Shown one piece after another: positions 41,560-58,132 of a DNA stretch of 64,000 nucleotides. The stretch's first letter is position 1; every line of letters starts with the position of its first letter. Source of the stretch: Octopus vulgaris. Its lineage: Eukaryota. The notes under the pieces were generated by a model. That model worked only from the letters and a program-made list of their open reading frames with translations. It was not told the origin of the DNA and did no database searches. Position numbers and translations under genes: made by a program. The stretch is taken from the NCBI GenBank assembly GCA_951406725.2, contig OX597820.1:77624001-77688000 (forward strand), in the 5' to 3' direction.

Positions 41560-41912
41560 TTTGTATAGGCAGGCTATTTCTGGTTGCCCTAAGTTGATCT
41601 ATGGGTATTTCTCTAGCATGCTCTATACCATTTTCTATATGTAGATACGGGTAATTTTATTTGAGTAGAAATTATTTGAGTCCTGTTAGGCGTTTGTGCC
41701 TGTTATATACATATTCCACAATGGTACACATTTTCTGGTTAGGCAATATGGGATATTGTGCTTTGCATGTGTTGGATGACACGATTTAAAGTTGAAGTAT
41801 TGATGCGCCCAGCATTAATATAGCTGGTCCAACAAGCCTTGCCCACCGTCTAAGCAATTTTATTGACATCCTTTTGAAACCATTATGTACGCACATACAT
41901 AGTTTCATCCGG
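41560..41912. mobile_element. Two oppositely oriented PLE RT fragments
   Basis: Minus: IPYCL.RK.CTIVE..RL..LK.FL..NYP..IENGIE. Plus: IAGPTSLAHRLSNFIDILLKPLCTHIHSFIR. Confidence 0.65.
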
Positions 41913-43071
41913 AAAGACATCGACTGGAGTAGTTTGCAATTTTGTCATGTGCAAGAACCTGGAATAGAGATTCAATGTAAAATTTTGAGTTCAAGTAGAG
42001 CTGTCTCCTACAGAGACATTGAGCATGTTTCAGCAAGCTTACAGCGACGAGGCAACGGGTTTACGAGAGCTTTTTGAGTGGCACGGAGGCTTAAATATCT
42101 GAAGACCATTACTGGAAGATGAAGAGTGATCTGGCAGACCTGCCAAAAGAGGTACCCCAAGAAATGTGGAGAAAATTCAACATCTGGTGCATGAAGATCG
42201 CCGGAGGACAATCAATGGCATTGCTGATGTTGTTGATCCGTCGTTTGGGTCCGTGCAGGCAATCTTAACACCTGGACTGAACACGCGGTGTGTATCTGCC
42301 AAGTTTGACGCCCACTGACCACCAGGCAGAACAAACGTCGCGTCAAAGTCTGTCAAGATCTCCGACAGCATACTGCTGATGATCAATCCTTCATGTCGAA
42401 GATCAGCACCGGTGACGAGAGTTGGGTCTACGGCTACGAATCTAAGAAGAAGCAGCAGTCGTCACAAAGGAATAGCATTTCATCTCCACGACCGAAGGAG
42501 GCTCGACCGGGCCGCTGTTCAATCAAGTGCATGGTCATCGATTTTTTCGACATTTTGCAGTATTGTGCATCAAGAATTTCCTCAGGGCCAGACCCGTCAA
42601 TCGAGATTTCCACCGCGACGTTTGGAAGCGTCTAAGAGAGGACATTCGGTGAAAATAACCGAACCTGTGGAGCGCAAAGAACTGGATTCTCCACAACGAC
42701 AATTAACCCTGTCACCGAGCTCTCCTCGTGTGTGACTTTCTCGCCAAAAATAACATGGTATCTCTTCTGTAATTGCCCCATTCGCCAGATTTTCTACCTG
42801 CGAACTTCCACCTCTTCTCCAAGACGAAAAGACAACTCAAAGGTCACCATTTTAACACTGTTTTCGACAATAAGATCGAACGGCAGAGTGTCCTAGATTC
42901 ACTTAAGGAAAACGACTTCCAGGCCAGATTCCAAAAGTGATAGGAACGCTGAGACCGGTGTATTGCTGCGCAAGGTGACTATTTCGAATAGGATGATGTT
43001 AAAATTTAGGTAAATATGTTATTTTTTTATTAAACATAGCTAGCTCGAAAAAGTTTTGATACCACCTCGTA
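41913..43071 (+). mobile_element. Decayed mariner transposon
   Basis: TGDESWVYGYE, degenerate catalytic motifs, 3' end ccacctcgta. Confidence 0.9.
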
Positions 43072-43994
43072 GAAAAAGAAATTTTTTTTCGTTTTACTGT
43101 AGTTTAATTTCAAACGAGGAGAAAAATAAACAAAAATATATGTTGGTGTATAAAGCAAGAAAAATATTATTTAGACGAATAACACAGCATAGTTTTAACA
43201 TCATATATTGTTCGTATGTTAAAGGAGTTCCTCGAATGATAACAGATGCTCTGTTTTTCAAATAATGTCTTTTAAGATAAGAAAACTGTCACAACCTATC
43301 GCTTCATTTGTCAGTATATTTTGCGAAACATTAGTCGGAAACAAAGGAAAGAATAGATGAGTTCGCTTCGTTGTGCTTATACATATACATATGTGTGTTT
43401 GTGTGCGTGCGCGTGTGTATGTCTATATGTGTGAGCGCGTGTGTGTGAGTGCGTATGCGTACATGTGTGTGAGTGCGTATGCGGATATGTGTGTGAGTGC
43501 GTATGCGGATATGTGCGTTTGTGTGTGACTGTGTATGGATATGTAATTACTTTGGTGGTCTTGTGGGTAACTGTACTTATAAAGTACTAGCTTATATACG
43601 TAGGTTGAGGTCTCAATATCTGTAGGGATTTTAACTGGGTAAAATCCAGGCTACTTATGCTCCTTAACCAGCTAATAATCTGATGTAATAAATAATTAAC
43701 GTGGGGTACCTGACTTAGCTGTTCATCAAACCGAAAATACCTTAATTACACGAAGGTTACATTGGTTGCTAACCTGAAGCAATACAGACACTCAGCTTTT
43801 CGAATTTCTTATTGACTTCGATATAGGAAAGATGTGTAACCTTCCGCACCGATAAATTGTTACTGTTCTGGACCGTACGCTGACCGCTTTCTGTTTTCTT
43901 TACCTGTCATGGTCTGTTTGAAGCTTTCAAACTTCTTACACTTGGATCATCTGGATCTTACCCGTATATATCGTTATATACACACACACATATG

Positions 43995-44030
<36 letters not shown>

Positions 44031-44168
44031 CATATAACCATGAATTATATTTGTGTAAACACACACACACACTCACACAGGGTCAGGTGCACACACAAGT
44101 ACTCATATATATGTAAGTATATATATTTATTTATATATTATTTACATAATCATGTAAATATTTACCTG

Positions 44169-44230
<62 letters not shown>

Positions 44231-45454
44231 ACATATATATGCATACATAGTATATGTGCAAGTATACAATATATGCAAGAAATGACGTCGATGATTTATT
44301 GTATACATATGTAAGTATGCAAGTATGTGTGTATATATATATAATGCGTGTGGGTATGAATTTCAAGTAACACATAATGGATAGAGAGAAAAGATGACTA
44401 ACATGTTATCATTTCAGACTGCTTACTCTATCACTTTTGACAGGTTCAGTTAAAATGTGTCAAATTATAAACAATTGTCAGTTCATATGATTGTCGTGCA
44501 AAAATATACTTTTGATTTCGATGGCAAACAAGGAAATACGTTTTTATTTTTATTTATCGTATATGTTGCCCGCTAACAGCCGAATACAAAAGAAAACGCA
44601 GATATTATTTAAATCACCGTTTTATTAACGATGAACATACAACATAAGTATTCTCATAAGTATTAAGAGAAAATTCAAGAAGAGTTATTTACAATTACCA
44701 GTAAATTGTACAATATTATTTAAATTGAAAATAGCTGTTAAGACATATGATTCTAGTTCTTTGTGGGTTGAGTCTGTCTCGTGAGAGTACTTGTGTGGAG
44801 TATTCCTTTGTTCGTAAGTTATAATATCCCTACTACGTATTCGCTGCAAGGTGAGAATTTCATTTGAATAATAAAGATAAATTTTCATTTTCAAAGAGAA
44901 AAGAAAATACGTAACTCTCATTCTACTTGAATTCTTCTGCAAGTACTGGAAATCAAATAAGTAGCTTACATCTTCAATTTAATGGTAATCTTTGAATAGC
45001 TTGTATGATATAAGAATCGAAGACACGATATCACAATGAGTATAAGAGAGCATTGGGGACACTTCAGGTAACGGAAAGAAATGGTGTATTTTACATTGGG
45101 TTAAAACCGTTACGTAAAGACGCCTGATCCCCCAGGTATTTCTAAATATGCAAGGATTTGAGCGAAAACAAGTATAAACAATACAGTTGATAGATTTAAG
45201 TTTAATGAAGTAGTGCATTATCGATTATAATTAGGGATAGTTACAGCCAATAGCTTTGGAGATCGATATTCAATGACGATACAATGAAAGGTAGTAATGA
45301 ATCGTAAAGTGAATTTTTGGTTCGCAAAAAGGAATCCTAATCATATCGACGAGGGATATTTGGGCCAGAATACTTTATAAATGTATTATATTATTCATTG
45401 CACATTTATCATTATCCATCTCATTATACACGCACATGTATACATATATATATA

Positions 45455-45488
<34 letters not shown>

Positions 45489-45564
45489 CATGTGTGTGTG
45501 CCCGTCTTTATCTTTATATAAGTGTATGCATATATCGATGTATATATGTGTGTTTACCCATTCT

Positions 45565-45812
45565 TTTATTCATTTATTCTTTTTCTTTCTGTGATTCGAC
45601 CGCGGCCATACTGGAGCGAGCACTCTCTCAAGGCATTTAAGTCGGAGAAATCGACCCTAAGACTTATCCTTTGCAAACCTAGTACGTATTCTATCGGTTT
45701 CTTTTGCCGAACAACTAGCTTACGGGGACACAAAGCGCCATCATCGGTTGTCAAGTAATGGTAGGAGGACAAACCCAGACACATGCACATTAATACATAC
45801 ATATATACATAC

Positions 45813-45905
<93 letters not shown>

Positions 45906-46030
45906 TATTGTTTGAGTCTACCAAATTCACTCATAAGTTCGAGGCTATAGTAGAAGACGCTTTCTCAAGGCACCAAGCAGTGTGACTGAGCTAGAGCCAT
46001 ATGGTTGGGAAGAAAGCTTCATACCACACA
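45565..46030 (-). mobile_element. Family 1 SINE split by its internal microsatellite
   Basis: Tail 45565-45780, (TA)n, head part 45915-46030. Confidence 0.7.
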
Positions 46031-46602
46031 TTTGATACAGATTTCTCCGGATGTGGCTGTTTAATTTAAAATATTCGCTTCGTGTGTAGTGTTAGCAACC
46101 ATTCGGGAAAGTTCCTTTTATAAACCAAAAGATCGACCAAAATTCTTGTTTCGCAAAATTAATAGTCGTAAGATGTATGGATGCCCACCAGAGAAATATC
46201 ACTTGTTCAAGGTTGACAGACATTATAGAGCAACGTATAACATCAGTGCGGTGACCCAGCATGGCAACAGTGTATGACTGAGACAGGTGTAAGATTTGTA
46301 ATCAACGTACGATGTGCAAAGTATTTCAGTACGATTCAAACCGCTGTACCTATTTTAGGTCAGACATCCACGTTTCGCATAACTTCTAGTTCCTAATTGG
46401 CATGGTTGTCTCCAAGAAACCCATAAAGCCTACTCTTTCACCTGTAACAAAATTATATATAAGGCACTCTTATACGAATAGAGACATAATGCTGCAATTC
46501 AAGAGTCCCATAGAAAGGACTCTTGAAGGATTTGATAATGCATTTCATATCTTTGACGTACGCCAATATATTTGTTTAGGTATATACATATATCTATATA
46601 TC

Positions 46603-46899
<297 letters not shown>

Positions 46900-47039
46900 C
46901 GTTAACTCCTCTACTTCTTAGAATGTGCTTCTCCTTCGGATTTATGTATTTCTACAAACGATATATATAAATAAAAAAAGAATATATATATATATGTGCG
47001 TGTATGTGTGTATTTCGGTGTGTGTGTATGAGAGCGCGT

Positions 47040-47232
47040 GTGTATCGTTGGCGATTTTCTTTCTCCGTCTTCCCTTCCTTGGACCTTTCTTTTTTCTGTT
47101 TTTGACGAAGAGCTCCCCTTGAAACGTTAAATCCCTCTTCTGTCTTTCCTTTCATGAGCGTCCAATAACACTATACTTGTTCCACGTCCTCGCGTTGTTG
47201 TGTTTTCTCTTTGTTCATATTTGGCGTAACTA
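47040..47232 (+). mobile_element. Short pLTR-like element with degenerate hammerhead
   Basis: ttt-TTGACGA-agagctcccctt-GAAA-cg-TT-aaa at ~47098-47131; ends in (TA)n. Confidence 0.45.
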
Positions 47233-47253
47233 TATACATACATATACATATAC

Positions 47254-47361
<108 letters not shown>

Positions 47362-47469
47362 TTATATTGATTGATTGATTTTGCCACATAATTCAGGCCA
47401 CATAAGAATCGCATAATATTGAAGAAAAGGATTTTTATTTACCTGGAGTTACAGTACCGTGGAGTTTCT

Positions 47470-47860
47470 CATTAAGAGCATCAATTGATCCATTGTTTTG
47501 ACAGCGGTGTTACTAATCCCGTTTACATGGATTTTTTGCGCCCATCTATCTTCCCAGGCTCCAACGTGGAGCTTTATTTCCACCAATTTGGTGCTACTCC
47601 ACATTGGGACTACCACTTGGCATATTTGTTATCGAAGTTGACTGGACGAAGAGGATCGTGAGAATATGCTTGACACACTCGCACCATTGGGTTTTCTTAT
47701 AAGGTTAATTATATGATAAAATTTATGGTAAAAAAGAGAAAAATGGACAGCCATTTCTTTTGATGTTTGCGATTCCAGCATCATCAACAGTGCACGGAGC
47801 AGAACTGGACTCTCGGGAGTTTTAAATCAGGCGTTCATAAAAATAACATATCTTGTCTGG
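47470..47860 (+). mobile_element. Highly degenerate Tc1/rosa-like transposase fragment
   Basis: LYFHQFGATPHW ... GRRGS ... PLGF. Confidence 0.45.
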
Positions 47861-48040
47861 AAAATATAATAAAGTTTTGAAAGAGAGTTGTAGTTGAATA
47901 AACACTAACTTTATACTCATTCAAACTATGTATACACACACACATGCGCGCGCATATACATGCACACATACACGTATATATATATTCATATATGAATATA
48001 GATGTATAAATATAACTATAAACATGTATATACGCTTATT

Positions 48041-48098
<58 letters not shown>

Positions 48099-48118
48099 GA
48101 CATATATATTTATATACG

Positions 48119-48227
<109 letters not shown>

Positions 48228-50199
48228 TTGTTTCTGTGTATGCGGATGGTGTACCTATACTACGAGCAGCAAAAGTTCATGACTAAGGGTGAAAAAAAGA
48301 TTAACTGACATAAAAAAATTATAGCTGTCTAAACAATGTCTGCAACAATTTCCATCTTTCTGTTTGAAAAACATATTAAACTGTTGCAGTTACCAAACTA
48401 TTGCAACATTGTAGACGTAACATTATACACTAGGAAATTGGTTTACTATATCATAGCATTAGTTTCCAATCTTTGCAATATTTACTACAATCATATGTAC
48501 CTTAATTCTCTCAGCAAATGTGTCATAATATCTTATAGTAAATCATGTATTTATATATACATACACACATTCCAACAAGCATCCCCTCTACCTCTCTTTG
48601 TCTCTCTCACACACAAACACGCTCAACACCACCCCTACACAGATACAACACACACACATTCACCACCACCTCCTACACGCACACACATGTATATATTCTC
48701 TCTTTATCCCTGATGCCAGGTTTCACCATCCATGCAGGTCCACCTGGAAGGGTTTAATCTAAGAAATCCATCTCAATATTTATATTTTAAATCCGGAACT
48801 CCTTCACCAATTTCTTGTGACGGTTTGTGTGCACACGTGTATTGACTGTCTGTAAAAGAAATATTTTTCCAGGAAAATGCAAGGTATTAACACAGAGCCT
48901 CGTATGAAAGCGCCCCCCACCCTTGAGATTAATGGCTCCCTGCCTATGCATCTACAATTTACCGAGACGTCTACTATAGCTAGGATATTCTTCTCCTTTC
49001 TACAACAGCTACGTCTCCATACAACAAAACCTTCAATCTCAACACGATTGCATTTTCACATTCTACCAAATTCAGTTCTTAGTAGGTCACTGCATTTTCC
49101 AGCGCCTATAAAATTGATAGTCGTTAAAGACACCTAGATACCTCTAAAAAGACACCTTTTGAGATTGCCATTGTTCCGATACACTGAGGTTACCTCGACA
49201 CAATATCTTCTGTAAAGTGAAAGACTGGACTCTTCCATAGTTGTATGCGTAAAATTCATTGATAGTCATTTGTAAGAGAAGATTTAACAAATATCTACAC
49301 ACGTTGTGGAATCTCGCTAATAGGAAATCTGCTTAAACACAACATGCATCATCAGAACACATACCATCCAAGACCTGATTACTGTTGCTACCTCAGCATA
49401 CTATATCCCATGTGACCCACGTGCGATAACAGCCACAATTGACCTAGGTGTGAGCCAAGTAAATATTGGCATCATGTTTCCGGGTGCTCACCTAAATTCT
49501 TTCGCTCCAAGTTTTTAATTCGATTTTTGAAAACAATATTAGTTATTTTCGCCATTGTAAGACATCAATTTTTGAATTCTTTCAGTTTACGTTCTCTCCA
49601 AAACACTGAGTTATTTTTTCTTCTTTTAACTGCATAAACTATTGAAATGTTAGCATTATCTAACAGTTAAGTTTATCTAAAATGAGTGAAGCGAAAACAT
49701 TGTAGTGCTAGGCGCTTTCTTGACAAATTGCAAATTTTCGATATTGGAAATAGCATTTGCATTGTTGACATATATAGTACTGTTTTATCGACAAATAGTT
49801 GAAGAAAGAAAAAAAAATGTTAGTAATTTATATGTATAAGATATGAAAGTTCTGCATTTCGATTCATTTGTCTGCTTCCATCTAGTCAATTTGTGTAATC
49901 AAATTGCCAAAATTACAGATGGAAACATACTGCTGAAAAGAAATGAAAACACATGTTTATTCAGTAAAGATACGTTATTTTATTATCATAACTTAATATT
50001 TGATAGTAAAGAAAATCAGAACTTACTAACAGAAACACGTGCGGCGAAAGCAATTACGACGACAACAGAATTTATGTCATTCTGCTTGATTTATGAAGCG
50101 CAAAACGTTTTGTTTCGCCTTAAATTGTGAAAACGCATAGGCAAAATTTTACATAGCTAAGTTGTTAAAAAGAAAAAAAAGATTCTATATAGCTAAGTC

Positions 50200-51250
50200 G
50201 TACAAAAAGGATCCGTAAAATATTTAATAAACACATCCTGAGGTTATAATTTAGTTGTGCACCAATGTAAAAAAAGTTATTAGAAGGTATTTCCCTCTTC
50301 AGCCAGAGGTAGGATGCTCATGTAGCGGTAATACATGTCCACTGAACGGCCACTGTAATAAGAAATATGAGGCCCAGTTAACAGGAATTTGTGCAATTGG
50401 TCAACCGAACGTGCAAAAGTACGTAGGAGTAATTGAAGATCACTTCAGAACCCCATATAACAACCGCAAGTCCTAGTTCAACATCCCTGAATGACGAAAG
50501 GCTTCAACCCTAGCCAAGCACATATGGTTGTTGAAAGAAAGCGCTACCAAATACAGCATAAAGTGGGGGATAGAAAACAAATGTAAAGCATACTTCAATA
50601 GCAGTAGGGAGTGCGGATTGTGCTAGGCTGAGTAGAATCATATTAAAGCTGTCTCAGCACCTAGACATCTATCTGAAGGCGTCTATCTACAACAGCAGAA
50701 GTGAAATTGCTAATCTTTGCCTACATGAAGGGAAGTATATTATTCTATCATAACTAGTTGCCCCACCGGGACTATAACCACCAGCTGCGACCCTTCCACC
50801 ACCAGTATCTGAGAACTATGATAAGAGTTTCACCAGAACATATACAAACGCACTCATAGAAAAACACATGTTCTAACACGGCGGACATCCAACCAATTAA
50901 CCTTTTTCACCCCCATTATAAGGCCCCACACACACCTACACAAACTTCATGCATACATAAATGACTCAATGAATTTAACCATAGATCAACCACCACCACC
51001 CCCACAATTACTTTCACTGAAAACGCTACATATGTAGTACCTTTGTACGTATTGCATTTCTACGAGAACACCAACCCTAAAACTTACATATCTTTTACCC
51101 ATACACACTTTTCCAGAAAATTCTTGCTGATTTGCAACATCCTCAGATGACTGACTAAATATTAAATAAAATTTGGTTGGCATATGTACATTTTCGAAAA
51201 TTTCAGTCTTCACAATGGTCGCTACTTGTGTACAAACATGACTATACCGT
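50200..51250 (+). mobile_element. PLE GIY-YIG endonuclease remnant plus 3' UTR
   Basis: CSC...CPLNGHC, YEA...YVG...F...YNN.K, STLAKHIW.LKE..YSIKW, CGLC; degenerate hammerhead ~51141-51192. Confidence 0.85.
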
Positions 51251-52694
51251 ATTCATTTTCAGAATATTTAGTTTGTTTATTCCAAGGTTTGGCTACGAAC
51301 AACTGGTGCTCCATGAAACATGTTAAAAGTTCGTCACAAAGTCAGCATTTGTTCCATTGAAAACTTGACCGTTTTGTCATAATTACTTCAGTAACGATGC
51401 GAGGTGGTCGTTTCAAAACCTGGACTGGCTTTTGCGCTGTTTTCTTTAGGCATTCATTTCATCTCACGCTGCTCTGCAATCAGTCATACCTCTGCTGTGT
51501 GGTACACAATGCACCTATACAGGTAAAGTCAATTTCGTGGAGAGATTGATATGTACAGTAGATGCATGTGATCAATATAAACAAATCATTTTGCAAGTTT
51601 TTTCATCAACATATTACAGAAACGTCTATTTCAGACTAAAAGAGACTACCATCATACTTACTTTCCTTCAGTTTTATATATATTATTTTGGTAAGTTAAT
51701 ATTTTGGGGGTATATAGAACATTGTGAATGATAAGTGTGGTTTTGTTACATTAGGACATAATTTTGTAGGAAGATGAAGACGATTGGTGAAAAGTATGTG
51801 ATTAAATGTATGGACTTACAGGAAGTTAATAAGAGGATATTTATTTCGATTAAGGGGTGAATTTTTTTATTGCTCCACTCCACGCAAAAATGGAATTAAA
51901 CATATAGAGAAAACGTTTATTATTATCATTTTGCATTTAAATCACCTTTCAGTTTCTGTTATTTCTATGGTCTCCAGAATATTAATAATAACATTGAAGT
52001 GTACATCGAGCTTTAATAAGTTTTTAAGGTGGTATCGTAAGTTAACAATGTTGATCAGATATCCAGGAACGCAGTTATACCATAACGGCCCGGTGCCAGT
52101 GAAGCTGGATTGGAGCTTCACAGTGGTTGTTGTAATTTTGTATCTATAGTAGACATATAACGCACCATCATCCTTCATTTAACATTGGTAGTTGCATAGG
52201 GTTTCATCTTCCCATCACACCTGCTTCTTTCAATTATTTTTACCTCTAAGGAAGAGTATATATATATAATATCATTTAAAGTCATCTACAGTTTATGGTT
52301 TTGTGTATTAATAGACTTTGTGTTATCACTGCATTGTCAGAAGAAGCAATTAATTTGTAAATGACTTCATTATGTTAGAGAAAAGTGTAAGGTACGCAAT
52401 CAATGTTATTCAAGGAAGGGTTTACATATGCACACACTTATACTCACAAACACATATACATTTACATTCCTACATACTCATATATGTATCATATACAAAC
52501 GTGTAGCTATCTATAAAAGTACATACAGTGGCTTACGTATTCGTGTGTGTGTGTGTGTGCGCGCATGTCCCTCTAGACATATATGTAAATATATCTACAC
52601 ATATAATATATGCATCATTACAGATATATATATACACACATATATATATATGTGTATATATATGTACACACACACATATATATATATATGCATG

Positions 52695-52757
<63 letters not shown>

Positions 52758-52766
52758 CGACATGCA

Positions 52767-52800
<34 letters not shown>

Positions 52801-53449
52801 TGTATGCATGTATGTATGCATGTGTATAAATATGTATTGTATATGTGCATGTGTTGTGTGTGTATGTATTTATGTATGTCTACATATTTCTATACCCCCC
52901 CACACACACACACAGTGAAACCATTTATGACTTCTGATTGTGTTTTTATGCGTGCATATCGGCATAGATGTACTTATTTTGTAATTTTCCATACATCATT
53001 TTGTGGATTTTTGTTTTACATATTGCCTTGTCCCTAATAGAAGATAAATGCTACCAGTGGAAAATAGAAGTGAAGCAGAACATTTCTTACTTCGTTTAGC
53101 AAAATGGTATATAATTATTGTCAATATCGAATCGAGAATTCCAGCGAACGACTCTATTTCATACAACCTCTATAACATGAACATATGCCTGTGTGTATGT
53201 GTGTGTCTCTCCCTCTGCCTGCCTGTCTATCTGTCTCTGTATGTAGCTGTGTATGCGTGTGTGTGTCTATGTATATGTGTATGCATACACTGAGACAAAG
53301 TTGGAGGGATAGAGAAAAAAGACAGAGATACAGACAGACAGAGTTAGGTTGATAACCTTATACACATGTACATACATGTGTGTGCTTCTGGAAATACACG
53401 GATACACACACACATACATCCACAAAAACGCGCGCACAAACATATATGC

Positions 53450-53528
<79 letters not shown>

Positions 53529-54852
53529 TACATATATACATATATACATACATATCTATGTAAGTGAAATCTGTGAACATACGGAGAGAGTGATATATGT
53601 GAGATATACAATAAAAAGCAATTTTAGCCAGCGAAAAGAAGTATTTGTTCCAATTAGATACAATTAGGCCCAATGGTCCTTATGCCTATTCCTGGATACA
53701 AATATATACTTTGCTAAGACTATCACCATTATCATTTCAATTAGTAACAACGCGTACCATAGTTCCCCTGGGACTTGAGTATTTTTAATATTTGAGCGAA
53801 TAGAACTATTATGGAAGGTGTTGTTTTTTGGCCAACTAGGATTTTTATATATATACTTTCTTGTATTTGAGATGGGAGGTTGTGAGTTTTGATAGATTTG
53901 GTAACTCGTTAGTTCTTATTTCCCTCTGTTATAACTTTGTTACTGTTGTTATCATTCTACGTAGGTCAGACGTGATAATGCAGTAAGTGGTATGATTTCG
54001 AATGCTGAAAATCGTTGTTCCGTAAATATAATGTATTTAACGCCAGGATGTACACTGTACTTTCCATCTTAAAACTATAAGATATCATTGAGTGAATTTA
54101 ACCTACATTTTCAAGTATCAGACCGAATTATATTACGAAAATCTAATTTCTCAAGTAAATAATTTAACTTTATGTAGATAATCGTATTTTATTGTCTCTT
54201 GCAAAGGTCATTATGCCATTACTAAACACATACTATTCGTATCTCACGTCATTTTATTGGTCAGCTAGGTAGTTATTTGTCCGCTTGGAGAATATTTAAG
54301 AAAAGACAGTGAAAGAGTAACAGAGCTTGGTTTTATTATTTGTATAATGATCCCACGCACGGATACAACAAAATCTGATTTTAAGCCTGCGTTCTCATCA
54401 AAATCGAGAGTCTATCAAATCAAACACACAAACGAAAGATTAGCATAGACGAGGATAACTCTAAAACGGTACAAACGTCAGTAATTACCAATTGCCAGCA
54501 GCTATGGACAATTGTGAATTGTGGTGAGATGTTGTCAGGAACGTTTGTCCGTGGGCTTGAAATAGTTTTATGCTTCAACTTTTTGTCCGAAACATTATAA
54601 TCAGGCAATGTATTGTGTTCAGATGGAGAATTATAGGAAATTAGTGATTCTTGAAGAGTTCACCATCCATGAATTGGATGTAGACCACCTCCATTTTCAG
54701 CTTTGGCTAAAATATTTATTTCAGTAATGGTTGATTCTCAATACAGTTAAAACAGCCATACCTACCGATGTTCAGTATCTTTGTTTCTAAGAAAATTTCC
54801 ATTTAGTGATACGTGGTCTTGCGGGTTGTAACACCTATGGTACATATATACA

Positions 54853-54884
<32 letters not shown>

Positions 54885-54888
<4 letters not shown>

Positions 54889-55303
54889 AAGTTTCAGCTC
54901 AGAGCTGCGGCCATGCTGATGCACCGCCATTTTGCGCTACACTGTTATTATTAAGAGCCTCCTCTAATATGTGGCACTTGATGAAGAATGGAGTTTGATA
55001 TAGCTACCCTCAGTTGCACCTCTTGCTGTGAGGTAGGCTCATCTGGGCCTCTTGACAGGAAGAGGTCCAGCTTTGATTTAAAAACCCCTATATCTACTTT
55101 GTGCAAGTTCCTCAGACTCTTTGGGAGAATATTAAAAAGCTGTGGGCCCTTGAAAACCAAGCCGTTGCAGTAACTGGTCCTGAAGCGTGATAGCATTGCA
55201 AGGATATTTGGCACCATGCAGTGTCGTCCCGTTCTGCTATTGGTGTAGCTTTCAATGCCAAAATTTGGCACAATTCCTTCCAGGATGGCACAATTCATAC
55301 CAG

Positions 55304-55305
<2 letters not shown>
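54885..55305 (-). mobile_element. CR1/L2-group LINE 3' end
   Basis: GPQLFNILPKSLRNL..FKSKLDLFL..PDEP; 3' UTR stem-loop; (TA)n flanks. Confidence 0.8.
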
Positions 55306-55401
<96 letters not shown>

Positions 55402-55993
55402 TGATATAGGATAACATTTTTTCAAGAAAAAAAATTTCATCAATGGCCAGCATATCAAAAAATGCCTTTAAAGGTAAAATTTATACATAATTTATAAGAT
55501 AAGGGCAAAAGAAAAATTCTAATGCCAGATACGCCGAATCAAAACATTGTCGATAACCATTAAAATCATGCGTCTCGAAACAAACCGATAAATTTCTCTA
55601 AAAATTCGTTATTACCGTATTGGTCCAATTTCGGGGTTAATTCACAAGAAATTTTCCCCTCTTCAGCGGCAAATACGCGAGATATAAATGAAATACTTAC
55701 TCATACCCATGGAAGAAGCAAGCACCAAGTCACGAGCAGACTTAAGTACCCCAAATATATCTAAAATAGAAAAATCTTCGGCGCACCTCGAGACACGTGT
55801 GATTCGAACTAGAAACTTTTACAGAGTGATAGAATCCGAAAGTGAACACTAATCTATTTATAAATGATATAGGATAAAATTGTTTTCGAGAAAAAAAATT
55901 AATCAATGGCCAGCATATCAAAAAATGCCTTTAAAGGTAAAATTTATACATAATTTATAAAATAAGGGCAAAAGAAAAATTCTAATGCCAGAT
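55402..55993 (-). mobile_element. ORF-less hammerhead element with ~130-bp terminal direct repeats
   Basis: 55402-55530 matches 55864-55993; hammerhead between the repeats; abuts (TAA)n. Confidence 0.7.
55615..55669 (-). ncRNA. Type I hammerhead ribozyme, intact core
   Basis: ccg-CTGAAGA-gggg...cccc-GAAA-ttgg a ccaa-TA-cgg; predicted cleavage between 55618 and 55617. Confidence 0.85.
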
Positions 55994-56009
55994 TAGTTAT
56001 TAATAAATT

Positions 56010-57235
<1,226 letters not shown>

Positions 57236-57617
57236 ATATATATACGATCATGTACCAGGCTCAAATACATTATAGAATTCTGCGAAAAGTATTAGGGTTT
57301 TGTTTTTAAAAATCCATTTAGGGAATCGACCTGTCATATTTATCGATATAGCGCCTTATGACTTTCATGTATTAATATGTCCGCTTCACATTTTTTAGAC
57401 ACATTATAGATTTACTACGTTTCTCGCTCGAAGTAAAATGGAAGCGAAATGAAAATTCTCTTTTATTCTTAAATGATATTCGCTTTCATATTAAGTCGTG
57501 AGCTTAAATGATGAAACATTATGAGGAAGAAATTTTGTACTGCTTCAGTTGTCTTAGATAACAATTGAATAGTGTGACTGTAGAATATTCAAGAAAGAAA
57601 AGGCTTCGTCGACGTGA

Positions 57618-57622
57618 ACGAA

Positions 57623-57654
<32 letters not shown>

Positions 57655-57858
57655 AGAAGAAGAGGAAGAAAAAGAACAAGAAGAAAAAGTAGAGGAAGAG
57701 GGAAGAAGGGGATGAGGAAGGAGAGGGGGAGAAGAAGAAGAAAAAGAAAAAGTAGAGGAAGAGGGAAGAAGGGATGAGGAAGAAGAGGTGGAGAAGAAGA
57801 AGAAGAAGAAGATAAAGTAGAGGAAGAGGGAAGAAGGAGATGAGGAAGGAGAGGGGGA

Positions 57859-57890
<32 letters not shown>

Positions 57891-58132
57891 AGAAGAAGAA
57901 AAAGTAGAGGAAGAGGGAAGAAGGGGATGAGGAAGGAGAGGGGAGAAGAGGAAGAAGAAGAAAAAGTAGAGGAAGAGGGAAGAAGGGGAGGAGGAAGGAG
58001 AGGGAGAGAAGAAGAAGAAGAAGAAGAAGAAGAAGAAGAAGAAGAAGAAGAAGAAGAAAAAATGAAAAGTAGAGGAAGAGGGAAGAAAAGGAGGAGGAAG
58101 GAAAAGGGAGCAGAAGAAGAAGAAGAAGAAGG
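57618..58132. repeat. Polypurine minisatellite
   Basis: About 6 copies of aaagtagaggaagagggaagaa.. separated by variable (GAA)n. Confidence 0.9.

Noticed and set aside
43810-43860. Possible hammerhead remnant (ggaaag...cttcc)
   Set aside because: Both core boxes too degenerate
48710-49450. Possible degenerate RTE-like LINE
   Set aside because: No motif clear enough to support a call
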